Below, one piece after another: positions 63,883 to 64,000 of a stretch of 64,000 nucleotides of DNA. Source of the DNA: Parcubacteria group bacterium (GTDB lineage: Bacteria; Patescibacteriota; Minisyncoccia; Moranbacterales; UBA2206). The notes under the pieces are model-generated. The model was not told the DNA's origin and ran no database searches. It saw only the letters and a program-made list of their open reading frames with translations. Every line of letters starts with the position of its first letter. Within the stretch, counting starts at the first letter, position 1. The stretch spans positions 137,148-201,147 of the forward strand of contig JBAZUU010000002.1 in the NCBI GenBank assembly GCA_041661275.1, in the 5' to 3' direction. The translations under genes were made by a program, and so were the position numbers.

Positions 63883-64000
63883 ATGCAATACTCGAAAAAA
63901 GTGCTGGAACATTTTACCCGCCCCCATAACCAAGGTGTTTTGAAAAATGCCGATGGTGTTGGTAGTGTCGGCAATCCTCAATGCGGAGATATAATGAAAA
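63883..64000 (+). CDS. iscU: Fe-S scaffold IscU/NifU-N; 3'-truncated by the window edge
   Basis: MQYSKKVLEHFTRPHNQG...GNPQCGDIMK. Confidence 0.9.
   Translation, partial: MQYSKKVLEHFTRPHNQGVLKNADGVGSVGNPQCGDIMK

Noticed and set aside
1-64000. Alternative genetic code (UGA recoding), tRNA/rRNA genes, transposases
   Set aside because: Genes are full length under code 11 with TGA used as stop; no cloverleaf, rRNA or transposase signatures were seen.

Overview
AT-rich, gene-dense bacterial window read in the standard code 11. Gene content and the rarity of Shine-Dalgarno (SD) motifs suggest a Patescibacteria/CPR (Parcubacteria-like) genome; this is an inference. Layout: (1-2.6 kb) GT2, an inverted-repeat-flanked GxxExxY gene and ugd; (2.6-18.4 kb) an accessory/defence region with micro-ORFs, a candidate sRNA, a 1421-aa secreted beta-helix/lipase with a small membrane partner, a small HNH gene, a LexA-like repressor leading a restriction-modification operon with an embedded membrane gene, recQ, a RhuM-family gene and an array of variable-centre hairpins; (18.4-54 kb) a very large surface-glycosylation region with seven GT-C-like membrane proteins, many GT2/GT4 genes, a flippase, an O-antigen ligase, an LCP protein and, unexpectedly, a divergent RtcB plus a dTMP-kinase-like gene; (54-64 kb) housekeeping genes (ctpA, rplI, pyrG, rpmA, pyrH, a PD-(D/E)xK nuclease, rrf2-iscS-iscU). 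The main structure not explained by the genes is a set of short palindromic or repeat element families found both between genes and in frame inside intact genes, a hairpin array whose units read DHFxxxxKMV, and three promoter/terminator-delimited structured non-coding units. No rRNA, tRNA, CRISPR array or transposase was seen. Family calls come from motif recognition, not database searches.
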